Assembly (NCBI GenBank): GCA_041740355.1
Contig: JBGSMD010000016.1
Coordinates: forward strand, 128,001 to 192,000
DNA: 64,000 nucleotides
DNA from: Bdellovibrionota bacterium
GTDB taxonomy: Bacteria; Bdellovibrionota_C; UBA2361; CALJRW01
Direction of reading: 5' to 3'
The position numbers and the translations under genes are program-made. This document shows, in pieces, positions 1 through 8,698 of the stretch (the first letter of the stretch is position 1; every line of letters starts with the position of its first letter). Under the pieces are notes generated by a model. It was not told the origin of the DNA. It saw only the letters and a list, made by a program, of their open reading frames with translations, and made no database searches.

Positions 1-523
1 ATGGATATTTAATGGCAAAACAATTTGATCGGTCAAAGCAGTCGAAACTAAACCAGATGTAAAGACAAGAGTAAAAACGAGTCGTCCATTTGTTGGATTG
101 ATCACATTCCGCATCTTCATTTCACCATCACCAAAAGGAATATTATCAGGCCGAATCTTAATAACATAAGTACCAAAATATTCACCATCAAGCAGATCCC
201 ATACTGGACTTACCAAAGTAGATTTGGCACAAGCAATTCCATATGATTTTAATTTTTTTATAATCAGCTAAAGTTGTTTGGAACTTAGCAAGTAAAACTT
301 TATATCTAGGAGTTCTTTTCCCTTCTTTTAGTCCAGAAATTTTAGATTTAGCTTGTTCTATTTTACTATTCATATTTAACTTGAACTTTGCTTAGCGAAC
401 AACCTTAGCTCGAGGACTCAAAATCTACAGATCATTACAGTCATAGTTTTTAGCAATCGAAATTGCTGGTATTTCAGCGGATACTTGAATAGATAAAAAG
501 TATCTTGATAATATTATTTTCAT
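1..523 (-). pseudogene. Disrupted gene for a putative exported protein (runs off left edge)
   Basis: GGAG RBS then ATG at 523 (MKIILSRYF...). The same frame has two stops (TAG, TAA) and then the listed ORF 373..188. Removing one base from the T7 run at 253-259 opens a frame (KKLKSYGIACAKSTLVSPVWDLLDGEYFG...) to base 1. Confidence 0.65.
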
Positions 524-705
524 ATTTAACTCCAAACTCTTTATCTGCAATTATCAAATCAAGTTAAAATTTAAAACTTTCTACGAGGACATGGCTTACG
601 TTAATTAGTCAGATTATTAAATGCTTTATTAGCTAACCCTATTAATTACAATATAATATGATCATTTGCTTAAGAAAATATTTTTGGTAAAACTCTAATA
701 TAAAT

Positions 706-888
706 ATGGAGAATAAAATATCAGAAGGTCCTACAACAATACTTACAATTAGCATATCAAAAGAGGGAGCAGAAAAGCTACAAGAACCAGGCTCTTTGGA
801 AAAGCTTAATTTAATACTAGCTGAAGCAAATCTGCCTCCTGTTATATCCATTCGATCTGCAGAAAAAGCGGCAACCGATTCTAATTAA
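706..888 (+). CDS. Small hypothetical protein (60 aa)
   Basis: ATG-started ORF with protein-like composition in an otherwise AT-rich gap; no recognisable motif. Confidence 0.35.
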   Translation: MENKISEGPTTILTISISKEGAEKLQEPGSLEKLNLILAEANLPPVISIRSAEKAATDSN

Positions 889-945
889 ATCAGTTTTCTA
901 TCTATCAAGTTAACATTTTTACACTAAAAAAGTGAAACGCTCATG

Positions 946-3288
946 TTATCCCTGTTTTAATCCAATATAACGACGAAATCTTGGAACTTCACAGCGAAAC
1001 AATTCGCTACTATTAAGCGCAAGTTTTTTGCTTTCATAAATTGCGTTTGGATTTTGTTGAAATTGCAATAATCTCTTGGAAATTAATTGATAATCTGTGA
1101 AAGAAACATTTAATAATTTATTTGGGCATTGAAAATAAGCTTCTACTGTCCAATATTCAATGGCAAACGCTAAGGAATACAAAAAACTTAGCTGCCTAGC
1201 GTTCATTCTTTTTAGATGAGCGACTATTATTATATCCCCCATTCTAGAAAATACTACAAAGCGAGAGTTGTTTGGCACAAACAAAGTGTTCCGTCTAGTA
1301 TCAATTAATTTTTGATATACATCCCGAGCTTTTGATAGTTTTAACTTACCAATAGTTGCCAAATTCCCCTTTTTATCCAAGTAGATAAAATCTGTCTGCT
1401 GCTTAAATTTCGTTTCAGTTTTAATTTTAATAAGATTAACCAATTCTTCGATACTGAGTTTGTGTAATTTGGCATGCTTTAACTCTTGATAGCAGCGCTC
1501 TTCATGGAGCATTAAAAAAATACTCTCCATTAGTCTAATAGACTTTTTATCTGCACCGATCAGTCGAAATTGGCCTTTTACTTTTAGCAAGTCAACCTGT
1601 AGATCCTTTTGAAAATCTATTTTCATAACGAAACGAATTAAACCGGAAAGCTGAAATTGTAAATTTGCTATACCTAAATCACTATTTGCTGGAAACGTGA
1701 TCAACAATACTCCCGGAAAGATTTCAGTTTGCCAGGTTAAGGAATCACTAATCCGCTGAATGGATCTGCCAATGTAATTTGAATAGTAACTTTTAGTGTA
1801 TGATTTATCTAAAAAAATTATGGCAAATTCAAGTGGCTGATTGCTTGCGAGCGAGGCACGCGTGGCGGCTAACCAAGCTTTTAAACTAAGGGATTTAGTT
1901 CTTTGGGAAACTTGTTGCCGATAGATATTTAGCAATAAGCTCCGGCTAAAATCAATCCGTAATAGTACAATTAAAGAAGCCCCAATGATAATAACACTAT
2001 CTAATAAAATAATTCCTTGAATATTAGAGTTTGCTATATAGATTAAATAATACTGCAAAGGAATTGTAAAAAGTAAAAAATAAACTAACATAAATCTCTG
2101 GAACTGTATCTCCGTTTTAGTTACTTCAATTATCTTATAGCTTGTTTCAAAAAATGTTTTGGCTACAATAGCAATCAAAACTAAAACGAAGTAATTTAGT
2201 AAAACACTGGAACTATAACCAACCCAATAGGGAAATTTTACATAAAGTAGTGTTAAGATCGACAAGGTCAATCCTAAAAAAATTAATGTGTAAACAATCG
2301 TCCGTTTTGCATATTGATAGGCCTGCTCTAAGTGTCCTTCCTTTAAAGCAAGGTGAATATCCATTGCCAATGACCTAGATACTTGGATGGCAAAGCCAGA
2401 GAGAAAACTAATTGAAAAATATAAGAAAATATATTGTCGCCAATAGTAATTACTATGTAAATATAAGAAGCAACCGAGGCAAAGTAAATAAAGATAGTAG
2501 GCTACTGGTAATGAATAAATCTGGCGAAATACCCTAGATCGCAATAACCCTGTAAGCAAGTATCGTAACTGAATAGGCTTCCGATAGGTATAAAAATTAA
2601 ACCTCAAAGAGTCTAATGCAATTTTGATATGATAATTAATATATAATAAGTTTCCTATTAGATAGCCAAGTATATAACTATACTCCCCCATAAAGCGATA
2701 ACAACTTAGCATTAAAATGATGGGGATAATTCGATAAAAAGTAGAGATTAGAAACTCCTTTTTTAATCGTCTTTGAGTATAGGAAATTGCCCATAAAGCT
2801 AAACTTAAACTCTCTAAAGGCAAGATTATTAAGGTTGTGAAAGCAATCAGCAAAGACGATCGATCCATTTCTAAAAATATTGCTAAAGCAATAATTCCAA
2901 GACTATTTATTAAACCCAGCACTATACTAAAGTTAATAGCCAAGTAATAATAGTCATTGCATTTTTCTTGATTAAATTTCTTTTGAAATTCAACTAACTT
3001 TATCCTAAAAAACTGCATGCCTCCTTTTAGTAAACCTTTCAAACAAAAACTCAAAAAAATAATTATTGCTACTAGGCTAAAGAAGTTAGAGCGAAATAGA
3101 AAATAAATTATTGCCATCTCAAAGATTACAATCAGTTTAAAAACTAATCTCGATAGAAGTGGAAAACGAATTCTATATATTAAATATCTTAAAAAAGTAA
3201 AAAAACTCTGACCTTCCTTCCAACGTCTTAAGCTCTCGAACCTTTGCTTTTCTATTTTTGCTCTTAGGATGAACTTTTGAATTAACAT
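946..3288 (-). CDS. Polytopic membrane protein (~12 TM, MOP/Wzx/MATE flippase-like) with C-terminal cytoplasmic region; RT-associated
   Basis: Hydrophobic helices across ~aa 45-445 in two groups, then ~330 soluble residues. ATG overlaps the RT stop (TAATG at 3290-3286). Confidence 0.75.
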   Translation of the reverse strand: MLIQKFILRAKIEKQRFESLRRWKEGQSFFTFLRYLIYRIRFPLLSRLVFKLIVIFEMAIIYFLFRSNFFSLVAIIIFLSFCLKGLLKGGMQFFRIKLVEFQKKFNQEKCNDYYYLAINFSIVLGLINSLGIIALAIFLEMDRSSLLIAFTTLIILPLESLSLALWAISYTQRRLKKEFLISTFYRIIPIILMLSCYRFMGEYSYILGYLIGNLLYINYHIKIALDSLRFNFYTYRKPIQLRYLLTGLLRSRVFRQIYSLPVAYYLYLLCLGCFLYLHSNYYWRQYIFLYFSISFLSGFAIQVSRSLAMDIHLALKEGHLEQAYQYAKRTIVYTLIFLGLTLSILTLLYVKFPYWVGYSSSVLLNYFVLVLIAIVAKTFFETSYKIIEVTKTEIQFQRFMLVYFLLFTIPLQYYLIYIANSNIQGIILLDSVIIIGASLIVLLRIDFSRSLLLNIYRQQVSQRTKSLSLKAWLAATRASLASNQPLEFAIIFLDKSYTKSYYSNYIGRSIQRISDSLTWQTEIFPGVLLITFPANSDLGIANLQFQLSGLIRFVMKIDFQKDLQVDLLKVKGQFRLIGADKKSIRLMESIFLMLHEERCYQELKHAKLHKLSIEELVNLIKIKTETKFKQQTDFIYLDKKGNLATIGKLKLSKARDVYQKLIDTRRNTLFVPNNSRFVVFSRMGDIIIVAHLKRMNARQLSFLYSLAFAIEYWTVEAYFQCPNKLLNVSFTDYQLISKRLLQFQQNPNAIYESKKLALNSSELFRCEVPRFRRYIGLKQG

Positions 3289-4592
3289 TAATTTAATTGA
3301 TAATCTTTGTTGCGTTTCAATCTATTTCGCATATCTAATACGGAAACTAAACCTAGCTGACGAATCTTTCGATAGGTACAATACTTAAAAACCCGATCAT
3401 GAGAAGTTCCATAGATGAAACGCAAGGAAACTTTTGCCAACCACTTATCAAAAGATTTAAATGAGCTGCGATCATCACAGTGCATGATTAAATCATAAAA
3501 ATAATGATCTCTTCCAAGGTTTGTCAGATAATAATTCAAAGAGTTAATTATCGCTTGTAACAAATTAATCTTTGAGGAACAAAGTTTTTTATTTATGAAA
3601 TATGAATGTCTGGCAATCTCTAATATCTCTTGCTTTATGAAGTTGATCCGTCGATCTGATAAAAATAGTCCCCCCTCGGAGTTAAGCTTAAACCCTAGAT
3701 ATAAAAGTGGTTTATTTTTTATTACGCTACTAAAAACCCCTCTTTCCAATTTCTTTTCATTTAACTTGAGATTCAATTCAGAAAGTTGTTTTTCCAAGAA
3801 AAGACAGACATTGCTCACTACATTCTCTGATTCATGAGCAATTAAAAGATCGTCACCATAGCGACTATAAAAAACTTTGAAGTTATCTCTAATATCTCGA
3901 TCAACATTAACTAAGTAAAAATTTGCAATAAAACATGAGATCGAACAACCAGTTGGAACACTTGCAGATAAAAGAGTAATTTCTGATTGATTGGAAGTTC
4001 TAAATTGCGGACCTACTATCTCATTTAATAATTCCCAAAAATAATTTTCTTGTTTCGGGATTGCTAGTTTAAGCTTCGCAATTAAGATCTGTGGATTAAT
4101 ATGATCAAAATAGCTTTTGATATCACATTTCGCATAATATAAATCAACATCTGATTCCTTAATAAATTGTCGGCAATTCTTAATAGCTGAAATGCTAGAA
4201 AAACCTTTGCGATATGAATATAATGAATCTAAGTAATATTTATCTTGCAAAGCTCCTTGAAGAATATTTGCCAATGTAGCTTCAAAAATCTTATCGATCC
4301 AATTGCTTAGATAAATGGTTCTTTCCTTATTGCTTATTTTAACAATGATTTGCTTCTTAATTTCGGGGAAATATTGCTTTTGTTTGATTGCTTTACAGAT
4401 TTCATCAATAATTAAACCACGATATAATAAGCACCATTTTAAACTTACTCCTTCAGCCAAAGGACTGGAATCCAATTTTTCTTTATCTCCCATGCTTCTT
4501 TGATGAAGCTTAAAAAATACATCCTCATAGTGATCGCGACGAGCTAGTTCTTTTATTATATTTAATTTAGATAGTTTAATTGTTTTTATCAC
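3288..4592 (-). CDS. Reverse transcriptase (unclassified, UG/DRT-like)
   Basis: RT motifs KERTIYLSNWIDKIF, YSYRKG, KCDIKSYFDHI, VPTGCSISCFIANFYL, RYGDDLLI, YLGFKL. GTG start; no endonuclease domain. Confidence 0.93.
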   Translation of the reverse strand: MIKTIKLSKLNIIKELARRDHYEDVFFKLHQRSMGDKEKLDSSPLAEGVSLKWCLLYRGLIIDEICKAIKQKQYFPEIKKQIIVKISNKERTIYLSNWIDKIFEATLANILQGALQDKYYLDSLYSYRKGFSSISAIKNCRQFIKESDVDLYYAKCDIKSYFDHINPQILIAKLKLAIPKQENYFWELLNEIVGPQFRTSNQSEITLLSASVPTGCSISCFIANFYLVNVDRDIRDNFKVFYSRYGDDLLIAHESENVVSNVCLFLEKQLSELNLKLNEKKLERGVFSSVIKNKPLLYLGFKLNSEGGLFLSDRRINFIKQEILEIARHSYFINKKLCSSKINLLQAIINSLNYYLTNLGRDHYFYDLIMHCDDRSSFKSFDKWLAKVSLRFIYGTSHDRVFKYCTYRKIRQLGLVSVLDMRNRLKRNKDYQLN

Positions 4593-4615
4593 TAAAAGCT
4601 TGTTTGCAAGGAGTT

Positions 4616-4828
4616 AAAGTGGGGTTAGGGGAAATCGAAAGATTGTGTTGGAACAACTAAGTTTTTAAGTTAAGTAGTTAGCGAAGCTAAGTAGTTAGCT
4701 CAAAGAGTGAGTTATTTCAATATAGTCTGGATGTCTTATGAGTTGCAGGCTCCTCCCGTAGCACTTAATTGCAACTCCCGAGACATAAATGGGAAGGTGG
4801 TATTACCACAACACCCTAACCCTATTTC
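4616..4828 (-). ncRNA. Putative RT-associated structured ncRNA (template/primer candidate)
   Basis: Terminal inverted repeats GGGTTAGGG (4622-4630) and CCCTAACCC (4814-4822). Internal hairpins at 4797-4809, 4731-4786, 4678-4690, 4647-4657 and 4633-4644. GC-richer than its flanks and directly upstream of the RT. Confidence 0.7.
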
Positions 4829-4837
4829 AGATTAACA
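4829..4837 (-). promoter_or_regulatory. Possible extended -10 promoter (TGtTAATCT) for the ncRNA-RT transcript
   Basis: Minus strand reads CTGTTAATCTGAAATAGGG, which places the start site about at the 5' inverted repeat (4822-4823). AT-rich DNA makes chance matches likely. Confidence 0.35.
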
Positions 4838-4932
4838 GATTTTACCCTATTAATAAATTATGTTTTTAGATTAAGATGAAGAAAATACTTTAATCAATTA
4901 TGACGATCCTCCGATTTCTACTTTGATTTTTC

Positions 4933-6669
4933 ATGCGCATTATAGCTTTTCTCTTTTTCTTATTTATCCCACTAAGTGCGAGCTGCACAGAGGAGTTCAA
5001 TCTTCAACTATCAGAATTTATTGCTAATGCCACATGTTCCGACCTAGTACCCAAGAGCATCGAAGTTAAATTATCTGCGGGAGGTTTTATTTTTAGCATT
5101 CCAAGTCTTTATGATACCCCAATTATCTCTTCAACTCTGGTCTGTTACCAGCTACTCACATACCTCCATGATTACACAGAAGCATCTCCAGAATCACAAA
5201 TACTAACCTTTGAAGTTAGGGAATCTTCCGGAGAATTCCAATTCCTAGAGAAAAGCGGCCTTATAGATAGTCTTTGTTTAGATGCCGGACTATGTCAAAG
5301 GGGCTTTTTTGATTATTTTCGCTTGAATCAGAATTTGCTCAGTTGCCACGGTGCCAGAACTTTGGCTCTGTCCTTAGAAAGAGCTCTACCTAAGTTCTAT
5401 CGGACCAAGACAAAGATCGTCAAAAAAATGGGTCTTGAAATTCATCCCTTTGTTCCATTTATTCAAAAACTTGAGGAATACTTGAACGATCCTCAAGTTA
5501 AGAATATTTATGCTTCAACAATGAGCCTAGGGGATAAGAGCCTAGTAGAAGTTATTCCAAAACTTAATACTAAATTTTTAAATTTGAGCTTTGATGCCGG
5601 ATTGATGTTAATGAAAAAGCAAGAAAATTTATTTAATCAATTAATCGGTCAATTTTCAAATTTCCAAATAGCCCCAATGACTAGTGGCCAATATTATAAT
5701 AATATTTACCACTTAAAATTTATTACAAGTCCTGAAAATAACAAGTCAGTTGTTTCCTCTATGAATCTTTCTACTCCTGAGAGTACAACTTACATCGACT
5801 TTTTATATTTATTTGATGATTCAGAAATACAGCATGAATTAACTGCGATAACAAAATTAAATAAGCAGCGCTCTTGTCAAACCGAAGAAGATTTAAAGTG
5901 CCTTCTGCGTTTTGCAAACTCAAACTCCAATATTAGTAGTGAGTTTAATTCTTTATTGAAATCTTCCTGTCTAAATCAGGACCCTGTTGAAGATACCAGA
6001 TCAGGCTACTTTGCTTACAATGATGACACTGACTTAGAGCAATATATAATCAAATTTATAAACTCAGCAGAAAAAGAAATTATTCTAATGAGCTATAAAC
6101 TCTCTAATCCAAGCATACTTTCTGCGCTTCGCAAACGTCAAGCTGCTGGACTTAAGGTCTATCTGATTACTGCCTATAAGCCATATTACAATCCAAAGTT
6201 GTTTGATCATTTATATTATGCTGGGAAAGACGATCTTTCGATGATTCCCTATCCACACATGAAATTAATGATTAGCGATCGAGAACAAATGCTCTTTGGT
6301 TCAGGAAATTTTAGCGTCAATGCACTAACTCAATCAGCAGAGATGTTTGGAACTACCACAGATCAAAATGCTATCCAAAAAGCCCTTGCATATGCAGCTA
6401 CATTTGTTCAGGACTTTAACCCCAAACTTTCTAAAAACTTTTACAATCAATCCGTGGAAGATCCATTTTATTCCGTTAATTATTTAAAACAAAATTCATC
6501 GCTTCAAGTTGAATATACAGAGCCTAGCGGAATTAACTGGATGCCATATTACCGAAAGTTTAATCAGCAGGGAAAAGATATTTTAAATCAGTGCAAGATT
6601 AATAATCTTCACTTCGTTTCTAGCCAAAACTTTCAACAATGCTTAGACTTAATTAATAAAAAGTTTTAA
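4933..6669 (+). CDS. Secreted phospholipase D-superfamily protein (two HKD-type motifs)
   Basis: Signal peptide MRIIAFLFFLFIPLSASC; motifs YHLKFITSPENNKSVVSSMNLS and PHMKLMISDREQMLFGSGNFS; FINSAEKEIILMSYKLS segment typical of PLDc_2. Confidence 0.85.
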   Translation: MRIIAFLFFLFIPLSASCTEEFNLQLSEFIANATCSDLVPKSIEVKLSAGGFIFSIPSLYDTPIISSTLVCYQLLTYLHDYTEASPESQILTFEVRESSGEFQFLEKSGLIDSLCLDAGLCQRGFFDYFRLNQNLLSCHGARTLALSLERALPKFYRTKTKIVKKMGLEIHPFVPFIQKLEEYLNDPQVKNIYASTMSLGDKSLVEVIPKLNTKFLNLSFDAGLMLMKKQENLFNQLIGQFSNFQIAPMTSGQYYNNIYHLKFITSPENNKSVVSSMNLSTPESTTYIDFLYLFDDSEIQHELTAITKLNKQRSCQTEEDLKCLLRFANSNSNISSEFNSLLKSSCLNQDPVEDTRSGYFAYNDDTDLEQYIIKFINSAEKEIILMSYKLSNPSILSALRKRQAAGLKVYLITAYKPYYNPKLFDHLYYAGKDDLSMIPYPHMKLMISDREQMLFGSGNFSVNALTQSAEMFGTTTDQNAIQKALAYAATFVQDFNPKLSKNFYNQSVEDPFYSVNYLKQNSSLQVEYTEPSGINWMPYYRKFNQQGKDILNQCKINNLHFVSSQNFQQCLDLINKKF

Positions 6670-7091
6670 CAAGGAGATCGGGAACTTCTTGGACTTCTAA
6701 TGGGGCAAAGGCCACCTGTCATACTATTCCACCAGTAAGCCTTAGACTTTCCACTACCTTTTAGTGAATAAGCAACAGCAGTATATGAATTGTTATTATT
6801 ATTGGGGTCCGAGCTGACACTCATGTCAACATCCTGACCTAAGGTGAATCCAGGCAAAACATTATTACAATTGCTACTCAAGCAACTTGCATAACCAGAG
6901 ACTCCCTTGCCGACACTATCAGCATAGTAAGTTTCCTGAGCCGAGGCTACCTGTTGTAAAGTTGCGACTGAGGTAGTATCAGAAGCAAGCTTCCGGAATT
7001 CAAACATGTTTTCCATTGCGATAGATGCAATTATCGCCAAAATGGCGATGGTAACTAACAACTCAACTAAGGTAAAACCTCTACAGCTCAT
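6666..7091 (-). CDS. Type IV pilin-like protein
   Basis: Class III signal RG|FTLVELLVTIAILAIIASIA; Cys residues in the C-terminal half. Confidence 0.9.
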   Translation of the reverse strand: MSCRGFTLVELLVTIAILAIIASIAMENMFEFRKLASDTTSVATLQQVASAQETYYADSVGKGVSGYASCLSSNCNNVLPGFTLGQDVDMSVSSDPNNNNNSYTAVAYSLKGSGKSKAYWWNSMTGGLCPIRSPRSSRSPC

Positions 7092-7476
7092 ATTACAAAA
7101 TTTAAAAAGATAATTTACTAGATATCTAGGTGTAGATACTTAACTGTAAATGTTAAGCACACATAACTCGAACATAATCATCAGATACATTAATTTTTGA
7201 TTTAAATAATTTTTTATTATTTTTCAAAAAAATGATTCCTAACCCTAATACACTCCAATGATCAGTTACAGTTGAGTAGGTTTAATACTAAAGTTGCTAT
7301 ACTTTAGTACTATTATACCAAAACTAACAATATATTATATATAATTAGTGATAATAATATTATTATTAAGAATTGGGTATTATTACAATAATAATAAAAT
7401 TGTGATTATAAAATGATTTCCGCAACAAAGATGCTTTTAATCAATTATTAGAAGTAAGCTATCAATCCTTACTTAC

Positions 7477-8082
7477 TTAAGATTTATAATCTTTAGGCTT
7501 TACCTTTTGGGCAGTATGTTGGACAATTACCTTTCGTACCTCCTCTAAAATTGTAGATGTTGCATTGCGTTTGGTCGATCTAATCCTACCAATTTTTTGA
7601 AATTCCTCCGATCTTTGACTAAGATTCTCATCGATTAAATCGATATGGGATTGAACCTGATCTCGCCAAGATTTTAATTTAGTTTTCGCAGCGGGACAAA
7701 ATTTAATAATACTTGGAGCAGCAACCCCAAAACCATCTTTCTCAACAACAAAGTCAAGAATTTCCTTGGTCTCTTCGAATTTATTTTTGAGAACTAGCTG
7801 ATCACAAACTTTTAATACTTCTGTTAAAATTTCTGCAATTTCACAGAGTTCTTTAAATCCACTGTGCAACAATGTTGAAAAATAATCCCCATTAAATTGC
7901 TCGAGTAACTTTACTACCTCAGTAATTGAATTAACTTCATGGCGCAGCTCCTCTAAATCCTCAGCTATTTGAGGTGGAACAACTAAAGAATCTTCTCCAG
8001 CTTCTCGGTACTTTAAATAGCAATAAGCAGCAATTGACAAGAAAAGTCCAAAGCCACAAAAGAATGCTAAATAAACTAACAT
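7477..8082 (-). CDS. Hypothetical protein, single N-terminal TM plus helical domain
   Basis: 201-aa ORF with a hydrophobic N-terminus. Confidence 0.75.
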   Translation of the reverse strand: MLVYLAFFCGFGLFLSIAAYCYLKYREAGEDSLVVPPQIAEDLEELRHEVNSITEVVKLLEQFNGDYFSTLLHSGFKELCEIAEILTEVLKVCDQLVLKNKFEETKEILDFVVEKDGFGVAAPSIIKFCPAAKTKLKSWRDQVQSHIDLIDENLSQRSEEFQKIGRIRSTKRNATSTILEEVRKVIVQHTAQKVKPKDYKS

Positions 8083-8302
8083 CTTAAATATCGTTTAAAG
8101 TATTGCATCAGGGATAATAAAGAATTTAATCCTTAAGTGCGAAGCAAGTTGAAATTATTCCATTTCGCTAATTACCTAACTAGCTCCGACTATTTTTATA
8201 ATAGCATATCAGGCCTGAATCTACGACTATATATATTCTTAAATTTATCCTGAATATTAGCCAAGTTTTGGGTTCTAAGTTCGATTAAATTATAAGGCTC
8301 GC

Positions 8303-8698
8303 TTAAGTTTTAGCTCTTATAAAAGAGACCTGAAAGGTTTCCTTAGTAACAGCCTGATAATATGTCCCAACGAGTCGATCCTGAGCGGCATCATAGAGCA
8401 GATTATAATTAGAACCTGGATAATTAACATCTCGCAGTTCAATCATTATCTTAATATTTTCACCGTCTTGAGTTACATTTGCTTCTGATACATTAATTGA
8501 TTGTGGATTAAAATATAAAGCTTTCAAATTTCCATTTGTAGCAATATCTTCAATTGCGATAAGATAATTGCTATCAGTGCGTTTCCAGCGACCTTTAATT
8601 CTCTCGAGCAAAGAAGCATTATCAAGAGCAAATAAATCGCAACTAAGAGTTAACAATATAAATAATAAAGTAATTAGTAATTTTAAAGATTTATTCAT
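8303..8698 (-). CDS. Exported hypothetical beta-rich protein
   Basis: Signal peptide from the ATG at 8698 (MNKSLKLLITLLF); conserved-looking GRWKRTD...YFNPQSINV...YPGSNYNL motifs. Confidence 0.8.
   Translation of the reverse strand: MNKSLKLLITLLFILLTLSCDLFALDNASLLERIKGRWKRTDSNYLIAIEDIATNGNLKALYFNPQSINVSEANVTQDGENIKIMIELRDVNYPGSNYNLLYDAAQDRLVGTYYQAVTKETFQVSFIRAKT

Noticed and set aside
4621-4824. Telomere-like TTAGGG/CCCTAA sequence as a telomerase-type template
   Set aside because: Only ~1.5 units, and they are the two arms of the closing stem; likely coincidence.
3288-4828. Group II intron
   Set aside because: Only ~200 nt of leader; the RT stop overlaps the next gene, leaving no room for domains V/VI; no endonuclease domain.
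3288-4828. Canonical retron
   Set aside because: The RNA layout is retron-like, but the RT lacks NAxxH (region X) and VTG (region Y), so it is left unclassified pending phylogeny.
3288-7091. Diversity-generating retroelement targeting the pilin
   Set aside because: No avd-like gene, no DGR GNxxSQ motif, and by eye no TR/VR pair between the RT leader and the pilin or any other gene in the window.
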